From Clostridia bacterium (GTDB lineage: Bacteria; Bacillota; Clostridia; UBA1212), in contig JAGAKK010000030.1 in NCBI GenBank assembly GCA_017625675.1, positions 10,509 to 74,508 of the forward strand: a DNA stretch of 64,000 nucleotides, in the 5' to 3' direction. A program made the translations under genes and the position numbers. Shown here one piece after another: positions 38,260 to 47,140 of the stretch. How positions within the stretch are numbered: position 1 is the first letter of the stretch; every line of letters starts with the position of its first letter. A model generated the notes under the pieces. It was not told the DNA's origin. It did not search any database and worked only from the letters and a program-made list of their open reading frames with translations.

Positions 38260-40272
38260 ATGAAGGCATTGATTTTAAATTCCGGTGTTGGAAAAAGAAT
38301 GGGTGTTCTCACAAGTGAGCATCCCAAGTGTATGACAGAGGTAAACAGCAAGGACACTATTTTAAGCCGTCAGCTTAAGATGCTTGTTGATTTCGGTGTA
38401 GAAGAGGTAGTAATGACTACAGGTCTTTTCGATCAGGTTCTCATTAATTATTGCCACTCATTGGAGCTTCCTTTGAAGTATACTTTTATTAATAACCCTG
38501 TTTACGACAAGACTAATTATATTTATTCAATCTACTGTGCAAAGGATCATCTTAAAGACGAAGATATCATTATGATGCACGGCGATCTTGTTTTTGAAAA
38601 TCGCGTAATGGAGATGCTTCTTGATTCTGAGAAGAGCTGCATGACTGTCAGCTCCACCGCAGAGCTTCCCGAAAAGGATTTCAAGGCAGTTGTAATTGAC
38701 GGAAAGATTCAGAAAGTAGGTATTGAATTCTTCAACGATGCTATGGCGGCACAGCCCCTCTATAAGCTTAACAAAGAGGATTGGAACGCATGGCTTGAAG
38801 AGATCTGTGCATTCTGTGAGAAGGACGACGTAAAGTGCTATGCAGAGAATGCTTTCAATGAAGTTTCTGACAAGTGCAACGTTTATCCTCTTGACGTAGA
38901 GAATATGCTCTGCAACGAGATTGATACACCTGAGGACCTTGCAGCTGTTTCTGCAAAGCTTCGTGAAACACTTAACAGAACAGTTTATATGTGCTTCTCT
39001 ACGGATATTCTCCACAGCGGTCACATTGCCCTTATCAGAAAGGCAGAACGCCTTGGCAAACTCATTATCGGTGTAATGACGGATGAGGCCGTTGCAAGCT
39101 TCAAGCGTTTCCCTCTCGTTCCTTTTGAGGAGAGAAAGGTTCTTTTTGAAAATCTCAGCGGAGTTTATAAGGTTGTTGCGCAGGATTCACTCAGCTATGC
39201 AGAGAACCTTCGTAAATATCGTCCTACATACGTAGTTCACGGAGACGATTGGTGCACCGGCTTCCAGAAGCCTGTTCGTGACGAGGTGGCATCCGTTCTT
39301 GCAGAGTACGGCGGACGCATTATCGAGTATCCTTATTCAAAGGACGCAAAGTTTGATCAGCTTGAGAGAGAATCAAGCACCAGACTTTCTATGCCTGACG
39401 TAAGAAGAGGCAGACTTAGAAGACTCCTTTCTCTTAAGCCTACCGTTTCTGTTCTTGAGGCGCACAGCGGTATTACAGGACTTATTGCAGAGAAAACCAC
39501 AGTTTATCAGGACGGAAAAGCATACCAGTTTGATGCAATGTGGGTTTCTTCTCTCTGTGACTCTACAGCAAAGGGTAAGCCTGACATTGAGCTTGTGGAT
39601 ATGTCCAGCAGACTTCGTACTATTGATGATATTATGGAAGTTACAACAAAGCCTATTATCCTTGACGGCGATACAGGCGGACTTACAGAGCATTTTGTTT
39701 ACAACGTAAAGACTTTGGAGAGAATGGGTGTGTCCGCAGTAATTATTGAGGACAAGACAGGCCTTAAGAAAAATTCACTTTTCGGAACAGAGGTTGCCCA
39801 GACTCAGGACACAATAGAGAATTTCTGCTATAAGATTTCTTCAGGTAAGGCAGCTCAGAATACAAAGGAATTCATGATTATTGCCAGAATCGAGAGCCTT
39901 ATTCTTGAGCAGGGTATGGAGGATGCGCTTACAAGAGCTTTCGCATACGTTGAGGCAGGCGCTGACGGAATTATGATCCACAGCCGCAAGAAGTCTCCTG
40001 ATGAGATTTTTGAGTTTGTGGAGAAGTTCCGAGCAAAAGATTCACAGACACCTATCGTTGTTGTCCCTACTTCATTCAACACTGTTACTGAGGAGGAATT
40101 TGCAAAGAGAGGCGTAAATATCGTTATTTATGCAAACCAGCTCACAAGAAGCGGTTTCCCTGCAATGCAAAACGTTGCTACGACCATTCTCACAAACCAC
40201 AGAGCAAAGGAAGCAGACGATATGTGTATGTCAATTAAAGAAATTCTTACACTTATCCCTGCAGATTATTGA
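38260..40272 (+). CDS. aepX: PEP mutase fused to two nucleotidyltransferase domains
   Basis: N-terminal LNSG.GKRM...HPK (LicC/PntC-like NTP transferase); middle DILHSGH cytidylyltransferase; C-terminal PepM with EDKTGLKKNS (EDKx5NS). Confidence 0.93.
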   Translation: MKALILNSGVGKRMGVLTSEHPKCMTEVNSKDTILSRQLKMLVDFGVEEVVMTTGLFDQVLINYCHSLELPLKYTFINNPVYDKTNYIYSIYCAKDHLKDEDIIMMHGDLVFENRVMEMLLDSEKSCMTVSSTAELPEKDFKAVVIDGKIQKVGIEFFNDAMAAQPLYKLNKEDWNAWLEEICAFCEKDDVKCYAENAFNEVSDKCNVYPLDVENMLCNEIDTPEDLAAVSAKLRETLNRTVYMCFSTDILHSGHIALIRKAERLGKLIIGVMTDEAVASFKRFPLVPFEERKVLFENLSGVYKVVAQDSLSYAENLRKYRPTYVVHGDDWCTGFQKPVRDEVASVLAEYGGRIIEYPYSKDAKFDQLERESSTRLSMPDVRRGRLRRLLSLKPTVSVLEAHSGITGLIAEKTTVYQDGKAYQFDAMWVSSLCDSTAKGKPDIELVDMSSRLRTIDDIMEVTTKPIILDGDTGGLTEHFVYNVKTLERMGVSAVIIEDKTGLKKNSLFGTEVAQTQDTIENFCYKISSGKAAQNTKEFMIIARIESLILEQGMEDALTRAFAYVEAGADGIMIHSRKKSPDEIFEFVEKFRAKDSQTPIVVVPTSFNTVTEEEFAKRGVNIVIYANQLTRSGFPAMQNVATTILTNHRAKEADDMCMSIKEILTLIPADY

Positions 40273-40286
40273 TAAAGGAAAAAATT

Positions 40287-41387
40287 ATGTCTCAGATAAT
40301 TATTAACGGAAAAGGCGCTTTGCATAAAATTGAAGAAGTTCTTAGGGAGCTTGGAAGCAAGAAGGTGCTTCTCGTTTGTGACGGCGCTTTCCCCTACCTT
40401 CCTGTAAAGGACTTTTTTGACAATATGTCGGTGCCCGTTGTAAAGTTCAACGAGTTTACTGTTAACCCTCTTTATGAGGACGTCTGCAAGGGCGTTGACC
40501 TCTTTAATAGAGAAGGTTGTGACGTAATAATTGCCGTAGGCGGCGGAAGCTCCATTGACGTGGCGAAATGCATAAAGCTTTTTGCCAAAATGGACCCTTC
40601 GGAGAACTATCTCAAGCAGGAGTTTAAGGAAAACGGCATCAAGCTGATTGCACTTCCTACCACAGCCGGTACGGGCAGCGAATCCGCTCGCTATGCGGTG
40701 ATTTATTACAAGGGCGAGAAGCAGTCCGTGGCTGACCTTTCCATTATTCCGGACTATGCAGTTTTAGAGAGCAGTGTGTTGTTGACACTTCCGGAATATC
40801 AGAAGAAATGCACGTTCCTTGACGCTCTTTGTCAGGCAATAGAGTCCTGGTGGTCCGTAAACTCTACTGTGGAGAGTCATGAATACTCTAAATTTGCGAT
40901 CAAGGGATTGCTTGATAATTTAGACGATTATCTTAATAAACCCTCAGAAAGCGTTCTGGAGGCCGTTATGACTGCAGCAAATTTTGCAGGCCGTGCGATT
41001 AACGTTACTCAGACCACGGCGGCTCACGCAATGAGTTACAAGTTGACCTCACTTTATCATTTGCCTCACGGACATTCTGTGGCAATTTGCCTTCCCGGAG
41101 TGTGGCGTTATATGATAAACAATATTGAGAAATGTATTGACCCCAGAGGTTCAGCTTATCTGGCTGGCGTTTTTGAGGATATTGCCAAGGCGTTGGGTGC
41201 GGAATCTCCTGTAGCTGCTGTTGAAAAATTTGCCGGAATTATTAAGGGTCTTGGCATTGATGCTCCCGTTATTCCGGAGAAGGATATTGAAGTGCTTGGT
41301 GCTTCCGTAAATCCGGTAAGACTTAAAAACAATCCTGTTGCTCTTACGGAAGAAGTGCTTAAGCAGATGTACAGAGAGCTTGTCTGA
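40287..41387 (+). CDS. Phosphonoacetaldehyde reductase (group III Fe-containing alcohol dehydrogenase)
   Basis: GGGSSID.AK, PTTAGTGSE, DALCQAIES.WSVNS, TTAAHA.SY, PHG; context next to aepXY. Confidence 0.85.
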   Translation: MSQIIINGKGALHKIEEVLRELGSKKVLLVCDGAFPYLPVKDFFDNMSVPVVKFNEFTVNPLYEDVCKGVDLFNREGCDVIIAVGGGSSIDVAKCIKLFAKMDPSENYLKQEFKENGIKLIALPTTAGTGSESARYAVIYYKGEKQSVADLSIIPDYAVLESSVLLTLPEYQKKCTFLDALCQAIESWWSVNSTVESHEYSKFAIKGLLDNLDDYLNKPSESVLEAVMTAANFAGRAINVTQTTAAHAMSYKLTSLYHLPHGHSVAICLPGVWRYMINNIEKCIDPRGSAYLAGVFEDIAKALGAESPVAAVEKFAGIIKGLGIDAPVIPEKDIEVLGASVNPVRLKNNPVALTEEVLKQMYRELV

Positions 41388-41433
41388 AATTAAGTAAATT
41401 GATTAAGTTTATTAATTGTGAAAGGAGAAGAAT

Positions 41434-42384
41434 ATGGGTGTAGTATGTTCCGTTGTAGTCCCCGTGTTTAATGAAGAAGAGGTAATCAATGAGACCTATA
41501 AAAGGCTTACCGAGGTTATGCAGAGTACGGGTGAGTCCTATGAAATTATTTTTGTAAACGATGGAAGTCGTGATAAAACCGCCCTTCTTGCAAGGGAAAT
41601 ATGCAAAAATGATTCTAACGTAAAGCTCATTGACTTTTCCAGAAACTTCGGACACCAGACCGCCATTACAGCCGGTATGGATCACGCTTGCGGAGATGCA
41701 GTGGTGGTAATTGACGCAGATCTTCAGGATCCTCCGGAGGTTATTCTTGATATGCTTAAAAAGTGGCGTGAAGGCTACGATATTGTTTACGGACAACGCA
41801 TTAAAAGAGAAGGCGAGACAATATTTAAAAAGCTTACCGCTAAGGTGTTTTACAGATTTTTGCGCAGTATGACAGAGGTTGACATTCCTGTTGATACAGG
41901 GGATTTCAGGCTTATTGACAGAAAAGTTTGCGATGCCATGAAAACGATTTCCGAAAGAAATCGTTACGTGAGAGGTATTGTGAGCTGGCTGGGCTTTAAG
42001 AGCGCGCCGGTGGAGTTTGAGCGAAAGAAACGCTTTGCAGGTACTACCAAGTATCCTTTGAAGAAGATGATAAAATTTGCTACAGATGCTATAATGTCAT
42101 TTTCCTACAAGCCCCTTAAAATTGCCACGTTTTTCGGTAGTTTTGTTTCTGTTTTCAGCTTTATCGGACTTATCGTTATGATAATACTTAAGCTTTGCGG
42201 AATAGGTGAGTATGTGGACGGCTGGACGTCCCTTGCAGTAATCTCTCTTTTCCTTAACGGTATCGTTCTGATGATCTTAGGAATTATCGGTGAATATATC
42301 GGCAGAATTTATGACGAGGCAAAGGACAGACCTTTATACGTAATTCGTGAGGTTGTAAATTTCACTGAGGAAAACGTAAAATAA
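41434..42384 (+). CDS. GtrB/DPM1-like GT2 polyprenyl-phosphate glycosyltransferase
   Basis: VVP.FNEE, NDGS.D, SRNFGH, DADLQDPP, GDFRL, two C-terminal TM helices, GEYIGRIY. Confidence 0.92.
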   Translation: MGVVCSVVVPVFNEEEVINETYKRLTEVMQSTGESYEIIFVNDGSRDKTALLAREICKNDSNVKLIDFSRNFGHQTAITAGMDHACGDAVVVIDADLQDPPEVILDMLKKWREGYDIVYGQRIKREGETIFKKLTAKVFYRFLRSMTEVDIPVDTGDFRLIDRKVCDAMKTISERNRYVRGIVSWLGFKSAPVEFERKKRFAGTTKYPLKKMIKFATDAIMSFSYKPLKIATFFGSFVSVFSFIGLIVMIILKLCGIGEYVDGWTSLAVISLFLNGIVLMILGIIGEYIGRIYDEAKDRPLYVIREVVNFTEENVK

Positions 42385-42404
42385 AAAATTGATACAAAAA
42401 AATA

Positions 42405-42446
42405 CACCGTCGATTTTGGAAATTCCATTATCGACGGTGCTTTTTT
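42405..42446. terminator. Bidirectional terminator
   Basis: caccgtcgat...atcgacggtg followed by a T run, with an A run upstream. Confidence 0.8.
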
Positions 42447-42464
42447 ATGCTTTTGAAATTTTAA

Positions 42465-44852
42465 TTAATGCTTTTTCTTCTTCAAGAAAATAACTGCTGT
42501 TGACAATACTGCAATTACTGATAAGGAATTAAGAACGTTTGAACATCCTGAAACCTCAACTGTAACCTTGTCATCATCGCCTTTTGTAGCAGACTGGGTT
42601 GCAGGGGTGGTGGCAACAGGTGTCTGGGCATTCGCTTCGTCTGTAGAAGCAGGTGTTTCAGGGACGTCTGCAGTATTAGTCGCATCACCTGTAGGCGCTG
42701 TTGTTTCTGTAACGCCGGCTGTGGAAGATGCGTCGGGAAGGGCCGTTTCTGATGCGTCCGGAAGCGTTGTTTCATTCGGGATGTCAGTGCTTGTTCCGGG
42801 TGTTCCCGCTGTAGAAGTAGCAGTGCTTGTGGCAGTAGGCTTTGCCGTTACCTTATTCGTAGCAGAAGAAGTAGGCTTGTTTGTAGGCGCTGTTGTAGGC
42901 GTAGCTGTGGGTCTTTGTGTAGGAGCAGGCGTTGCTGTAGCAGTCGTCTGGCTTTCTCCGCTGAAAGTTTTTGCAAGAGCATCTGCTTCAGAGGAGGTCT
43001 TTGCAAAGCCCCAGTTGCTTATCTGAACGTTATCGCCTGTGCTTACGCTTCCTTCAAAGAAGTCAAGACGGATGCTGGATAGGTTGCCGGTCCAGGAAGA
43101 AAGCTTTGAGAGATCCACAACCTTTGTGTGCCATTGATCATCCCTCGTCATCGCAAAGCTTGTGGTACTTGATTCCACGGGAGATACGGTATTGCCTGCG
43201 CATAAATACATTTTGAACGTGCCTGTTTTTGCACCGCTGTTTGTTTTGTAGCGGAGAACTATGTATTTATACTGAGATGCATTCACTTTAGATGCTGCGG
43301 AACTGAAGTTGAAATATACGTAAGGATCTGAACTTGCAGAAATAGCCTTAAGTTTCAAAATTCCGTTAGAGATAGTAGCAGATGCATTATTTGCTCCTGA
43401 AAAGCTTGATTTTATATTTGACGTAAATTTCACGTTGAAGGGATCAAATCTTTCGGGAACTGAAATGTGAGAAAGAGAGCCTTGGGAGGAAACCGAAGGT
43501 GTGGGGTCGTATACAAGAGCAATTGAGTTCCACACCTTTCTCGGAGCGCCGTCTGAATAGCATGCTCTTTCTGTATAGCTGCCTGCGTTTATGGTAACCA
43601 TTGTGGTAGAGCCGCCACCGTCAAGAAGGAAGCAGGTATTGTAGCCAACTTCCTGAGCGAAGGAGATCATCTGTGAGAATTTAAGTCCTTGATACTTTCC
43701 GTTTACATCTGCTGTAATCATGCTGAGCATTACCGTGCCATCGTCTTTAAATCCGATAATACTTGTTGGGTAGTTGCTTGTGTTTGTGTTAAGGTTTGTT
43801 TCATAAGGCACGCCATCCTTTAATAACATCATGTGCCCGCCGATAGCCTCTTCGCACTTCGCCCAGAGGTCGTTGTTCTTGCTCCATGTGTCGTAAAGGG
43901 ATGCTGTAACTGAAACCTTGTCGCCTATTGCAAAATTATTCTGAAGCTCGCTGATTCTGGAGTCTCTGGCTGTAATTACAAGATAGCCGGACTGAAGGGC
44001 GTGCCTTGAAGTGGCGCCGCTTTCGTAGATAGCCTCTACCGTTCCCGTGACAGCGGTATTGTGAGTGAATTTATTCGTACCGCTTGTTTTTATGAGAATC
44101 TCGTATGCATCTTTGGGAACTGCATTCGTATTGCTGAGACGCTCGTTGTAAACCACCAGAGAATTATTGGCAGGGGCTCTGTTAAGGCCGTCTGTGGTAA
44201 TTTCTTTTCCGCTGTTGGTGTTCTTTAAAGTAACTTTAGCCTTAAGCATACCGATAACGGGCTGATTAGATGAAGTGATACCGAAAGAGTAGGGTCCGTC
44301 GTAAGGTGTTTCCTTTACGGTAAGCTCACTGCACCAGATTTCCTTGTCGATAATGGTAACGCCGGTAGTTACACGGTAATTTGAGGTAACTTCGATGCTT
44401 CCCATCTCCGTGGAATTAACCCAGTGCATCCAGTCTCCGTTTACTGCTGCAAGAATCGTTTTGTCTCCTTCGGAGTAGGATTTCACCACGTCGGTAAGAT
44501 AACTGGAACCTCTTATATAGTCGCCGCCGTCTACGGAGCTTTTGTGATTAATAACCTCAAAAGAAAGCTTCGTATTTGAAAGGTCAGCCTCAACGATATT
44601 AATGTATCTTCCGTATGAGGAACCTGCCGCATAGCCGGAGCCTGCTTTAAGGTGTACTCTTGTAAAGTCTGCGCCGGTGTCAGTGCTTCCTACTTTAAGC
44701 GCAGAGGCGGTGTTTGAGTCCTGTCCTGCAAACTCGTATCCCTGAGCCTGCACCTTCGTATTTCCCAAGGGGATGAAAAGAGAGATGCCCAAAGATACGG
44801 CGCACAAAAAAGAAACTCCTTTTTTTAATTGATTTTTCATCATCTGTGTCAA
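42465..44852 (-). CDS. Secreted phosphodiester glycosidase (NAGPA-like) family protein with a Thr/Pro-rich stalk and C-terminal anchor
   Basis: Signal peptide; AAVNGD, P...IG...DG, LDGGGSTTM, R.V.N; T/A/P-rich linker; GC-TM-KKKK tail. Confidence 0.78.
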   Translation of the reverse strand: MTQMMKNQLKKGVSFLCAVSLGISLFIPLGNTKVQAQGYEFAGQDSNTASALKVGSTDTGADFTRVHLKAGSGYAAGSSYGRYINIVEADLSNTKLSFEVINHKSSVDGGDYIRGSSYLTDVVKSYSEGDKTILAAVNGDWMHWVNSTEMGSIEVTSNYRVTTGVTIIDKEIWCSELTVKETPYDGPYSFGITSSNQPVIGMLKAKVTLKNTNSGKEITTDGLNRAPANNSLVVYNERLSNTNAVPKDAYEILIKTSGTNKFTHNTAVTGTVEAIYESGATSRHALQSGYLVITARDSRISELQNNFAIGDKVSVTASLYDTWSKNNDLWAKCEEAIGGHMMLLKDGVPYETNLNTNTSNYPTSIIGFKDDGTVMLSMITADVNGKYQGLKFSQMISFAQEVGYNTCFLLDGGGSTTMVTINAGSYTERACYSDGAPRKVWNSIALVYDPTPSVSSQGSLSHISVPERFDPFNVKFTSNIKSSFSGANNASATISNGILKLKAISASSDPYVYFNFSSAASKVNASQYKYIVLRYKTNSGAKTGTFKMYLCAGNTVSPVESSTTSFAMTRDDQWHTKVVDLSKLSSWTGNLSSIRLDFFEGSVSTGDNVQISNWGFAKTSSEADALAKTFSGESQTTATATPAPTQRPTATPTTAPTNKPTSSATNKVTAKPTATSTATSTAGTPGTSTDIPNETTLPDASETALPDASSTAGVTETTAPTGDATNTADVPETPASTDEANAQTPVATTPATQSATKGDDDKVTVEVSGCSNVLNSLSVIAVLSTAVIFLKKKKH

Positions 44853-44921
44853 CTCCTAAAGTGTTTTTGATGTTTCGTAATATTTTTATTCTACCATAAA
44901 TTAATACGTTTGTAAATGATA

Positions 44922-45701
44922 TCAGAGCATTCTTAATGAAAGTTCTCCCGAGGTAATTGTTTCCTTTTCGCCGGGGGAGGTTTCAATGATAATGCCGCCG
45001 TTTTTGTCTATTCCCAATGCTTTTCCTTTTGCTTTGCCCACTGTTACGTGTTTATTCATTGCAATAAAGCGGTGGTTGTAATATTTCGTGAAATCGTCGC
45101 TGAAAAGGGGAAGGTTGTTTTTGCTGTTTTTTTCCATTTCAAGAATTATCTCGTTGACGTTAGTTCGTATAAGCTCTGACAACTCGCCGATGATTTTTTG
45201 AAGTTCGTCCTCCGTATTGATTTTTTGTTCAAGAGTTCCTGCAATATCCTTAAGTTCTTCAGGGAAAATGATTTTATCAGAGATATTGATGCCAATGCCT
45301 AAAACAATAAACCCAAATCGTGAGGTTGTTCCTTCCGGATCGGGGGTAATGTCAAAGCCCTCTGCCAGAATGCCGCAAATCTTTTTGTTACGATAATAAA
45401 GATCGTTTACCCATTTTATATCCGTGTCAATTCCGAAACACCCCAAAATGGCTTTCTGTACGGCAACTGCGGCGCCGATGGTAATGCTTACCCCTGCGTT
45501 AACCGGAAGGCTCGTTCTGAGAACCATGCTCATATAGAGACCGCCCTTTTTTGAGGAAAAACTTCTTCCGTTACGTCCTCTTCCTCCTGTTTGCTGATAA
45601 GCAATTACTGTAGTTCCGTGGGGGGCTCCTTTTCCTGCAAGTTCTTTTGCTTTGTCGTTTGTGGAGGGCAATGTGTCGAAAAAATAGGTCTTGGCTCTCA
45701 T
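44922..45701 (-). CDS. birA: Biotin-protein ligase without DNA-binding HTH
   Basis: STN, QTGGRGR.GR.F.S, IKWVND, KICGIL.E, GIGIN; start at ATG 45701. Confidence 0.9.
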   Translation of the reverse strand: MRAKTYFFDTLPSTNDKAKELAGKGAPHGTTVIAYQQTGGRGRNGRSFSSKKGGLYMSMVLRTSLPVNAGVSITIGAAVAVQKAILGCFGIDTDIKWVNDLYYRNKKICGILAEGFDITPDPEGTTSRFGFIVLGIGINISDKIIFPEELKDIAGTLEQKINTEDELQKIIGELSELIRTNVNEIILEMEKNSKNNLPLFSDDFTKYYNHRFIAMNKHVTVGKAKGKALGIDKNGGIIIETSPGEKETITSGELSLRML

Positions 45702-45827
45702 AACGTTTCCTTCCTTATATTTCTGTTTCAAATTATAATACCGATAATGCAATTTTTCAATCATTTATGTTGAAATGCAATTTAAAATGTTCTAAAATAG
45801 GGTTACTCTTGTGAAGAGGTGATTGGT

Positions 45828-46928
45828 ATGGAAGAAAAGAAGTGTAATAAAAAATTCAGAATGGGTATAATCGGTGTAGGACACATTGCCAAGGCTTACG
45901 TTGAGAATATCCTGAAGCTTGATAACGTAGAAATTGTGGCTGCATCGGACCTTTTGGTGGAGAAGGCTGCAGTTTTTTTTGAACAGTACGGACTGTGTGA
46001 CGTGCGGATATATTCCGACTACAGAGAGCTTATTGACAATGAAAAACTTGATGCAGTGGCAGTATGCACCTTTAATGTAACCCACGCTGAGTGCGCGGTA
46101 TATGCCCTTGACAGAGGTGTTAACGTAATCCTGGAAAAGCCTATGTGCGTAACGATGGAGGAGGCCGCGGATATACTGAGGGCAGAGAAGAAAAGCGGAA
46201 AGATCATGTTCGTAGGCTTTCAACCAAGATTTGACAATAATATAAAAGAAATAAAAAATATCGTTGAATCAGGGAAGCTGGGAAAGGTTTATTATATAAG
46301 AATCGGTGGCGGAAGGCGCAGAAGAATACCGAACCGTTCTCTTATAGAGAAAAAAACGTCAGGTTTCGGAGCTCTTGGAGATATAGGCTGTTACGCCCTT
46401 GATATGGTAATGAATGCAATCGGTTATCCGAAGCCTTTGACAGTGTCCGGATATAAGTCATCATATTTCGGCGCAAATCCTAAGTACAATGACCCTGAAA
46501 ATGCAAAGCGCTTTGACGTGGACGATTTTGCCGCAGGTTTTGTAAGACTTGAGGGCGGCATAATAATAGATTTTATTACGTCTTGGGCAATGCACATTGA
46601 CACCCCCGGAGATACGGTTATTCTTGGCACTGAGGGCGCGCTCAGAATTCCCTCGGTGGAGTGCTGGAACGGCGCCATGAGCGGAAATATGATTCTTTAC
46701 AATGATGTGGACGGAGAGCAGACGGAGACGTCTCTTCCCATTCTTCCGGAAGTTCCCGAAGGGCTTTTTTACTGTAAATTAAAGGCTTTTGTGGATGCTT
46801 GCCGTGAGGGCAAGGGAAAATCTCCTATACCGTCTTCTGAAATCATATATAATCAGGCGATTATTGACGGCCTCGTTAGGTCTTCTGAGCTTGGTAAAGA
46901 AGTTGAAATAGTTATTCCTGAAATCTGA
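45828..46928 (+). CDS. Gfo/Idh/MocA family oxidoreductase
   Basis: GIIGVG.I Rossmann motif, EKPM, GFQ.RF, GALGDIGCY. Confidence 0.9.
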   Translation: MEEKKCNKKFRMGIIGVGHIAKAYVENILKLDNVEIVAASDLLVEKAAVFFEQYGLCDVRIYSDYRELIDNEKLDAVAVCTFNVTHAECAVYALDRGVNVILEKPMCVTMEEAADILRAEKKSGKIMFVGFQPRFDNNIKEIKNIVESGKLGKVYYIRIGGGRRRRIPNRSLIEKKTSGFGALGDIGCYALDMVMNAIGYPKPLTVSGYKSSYFGANPKYNDPENAKRFDVDDFAAGFVRLEGGIIIDFITSWAMHIDTPGDTVILGTEGALRIPSVECWNGAMSGNMILYNDVDGEQTETSLPILPEVPEGLFYCKLKAFVDACREGKGKSPIPSSEIIYNQAIIDGLVRSSELGKEVEIVIPEI

Positions 46929-46939
46929 TGAAGTTCAAG

Positions 46940-46977
46940 ATGCGGCACCATTTTTATAATTGCGGTGCCGCATTTTA
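46940..46977 (+). terminator. Intrinsic terminator
   Basis: atgcggcacc...ggtgccgcat followed by ttt. Confidence 0.7.
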
Positions 46978-47140
46978 TATAGAAGTCATTATTTTTGTAA
47001 ATTTTCTGTAAATATTGCGTTTTTCGTGCTTTTGTAAGACTTTTGACAGGGTTGTAGTATTTGACATCATTACAGAAAAGTGATAATTTTTATAGTGCAT
47101 ATTAAATTTTGAATATTGTGAGAAGCTATGAGAAAGGAAA

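Noticed and set aside
42515-43216. Alternative-frame ORFs over the Thr-rich stalk, including a 152-aa Val/Ala-rich plus-strand ORF
   Set aside because: Shadows of low-complexity codons in the minus-strand gene.
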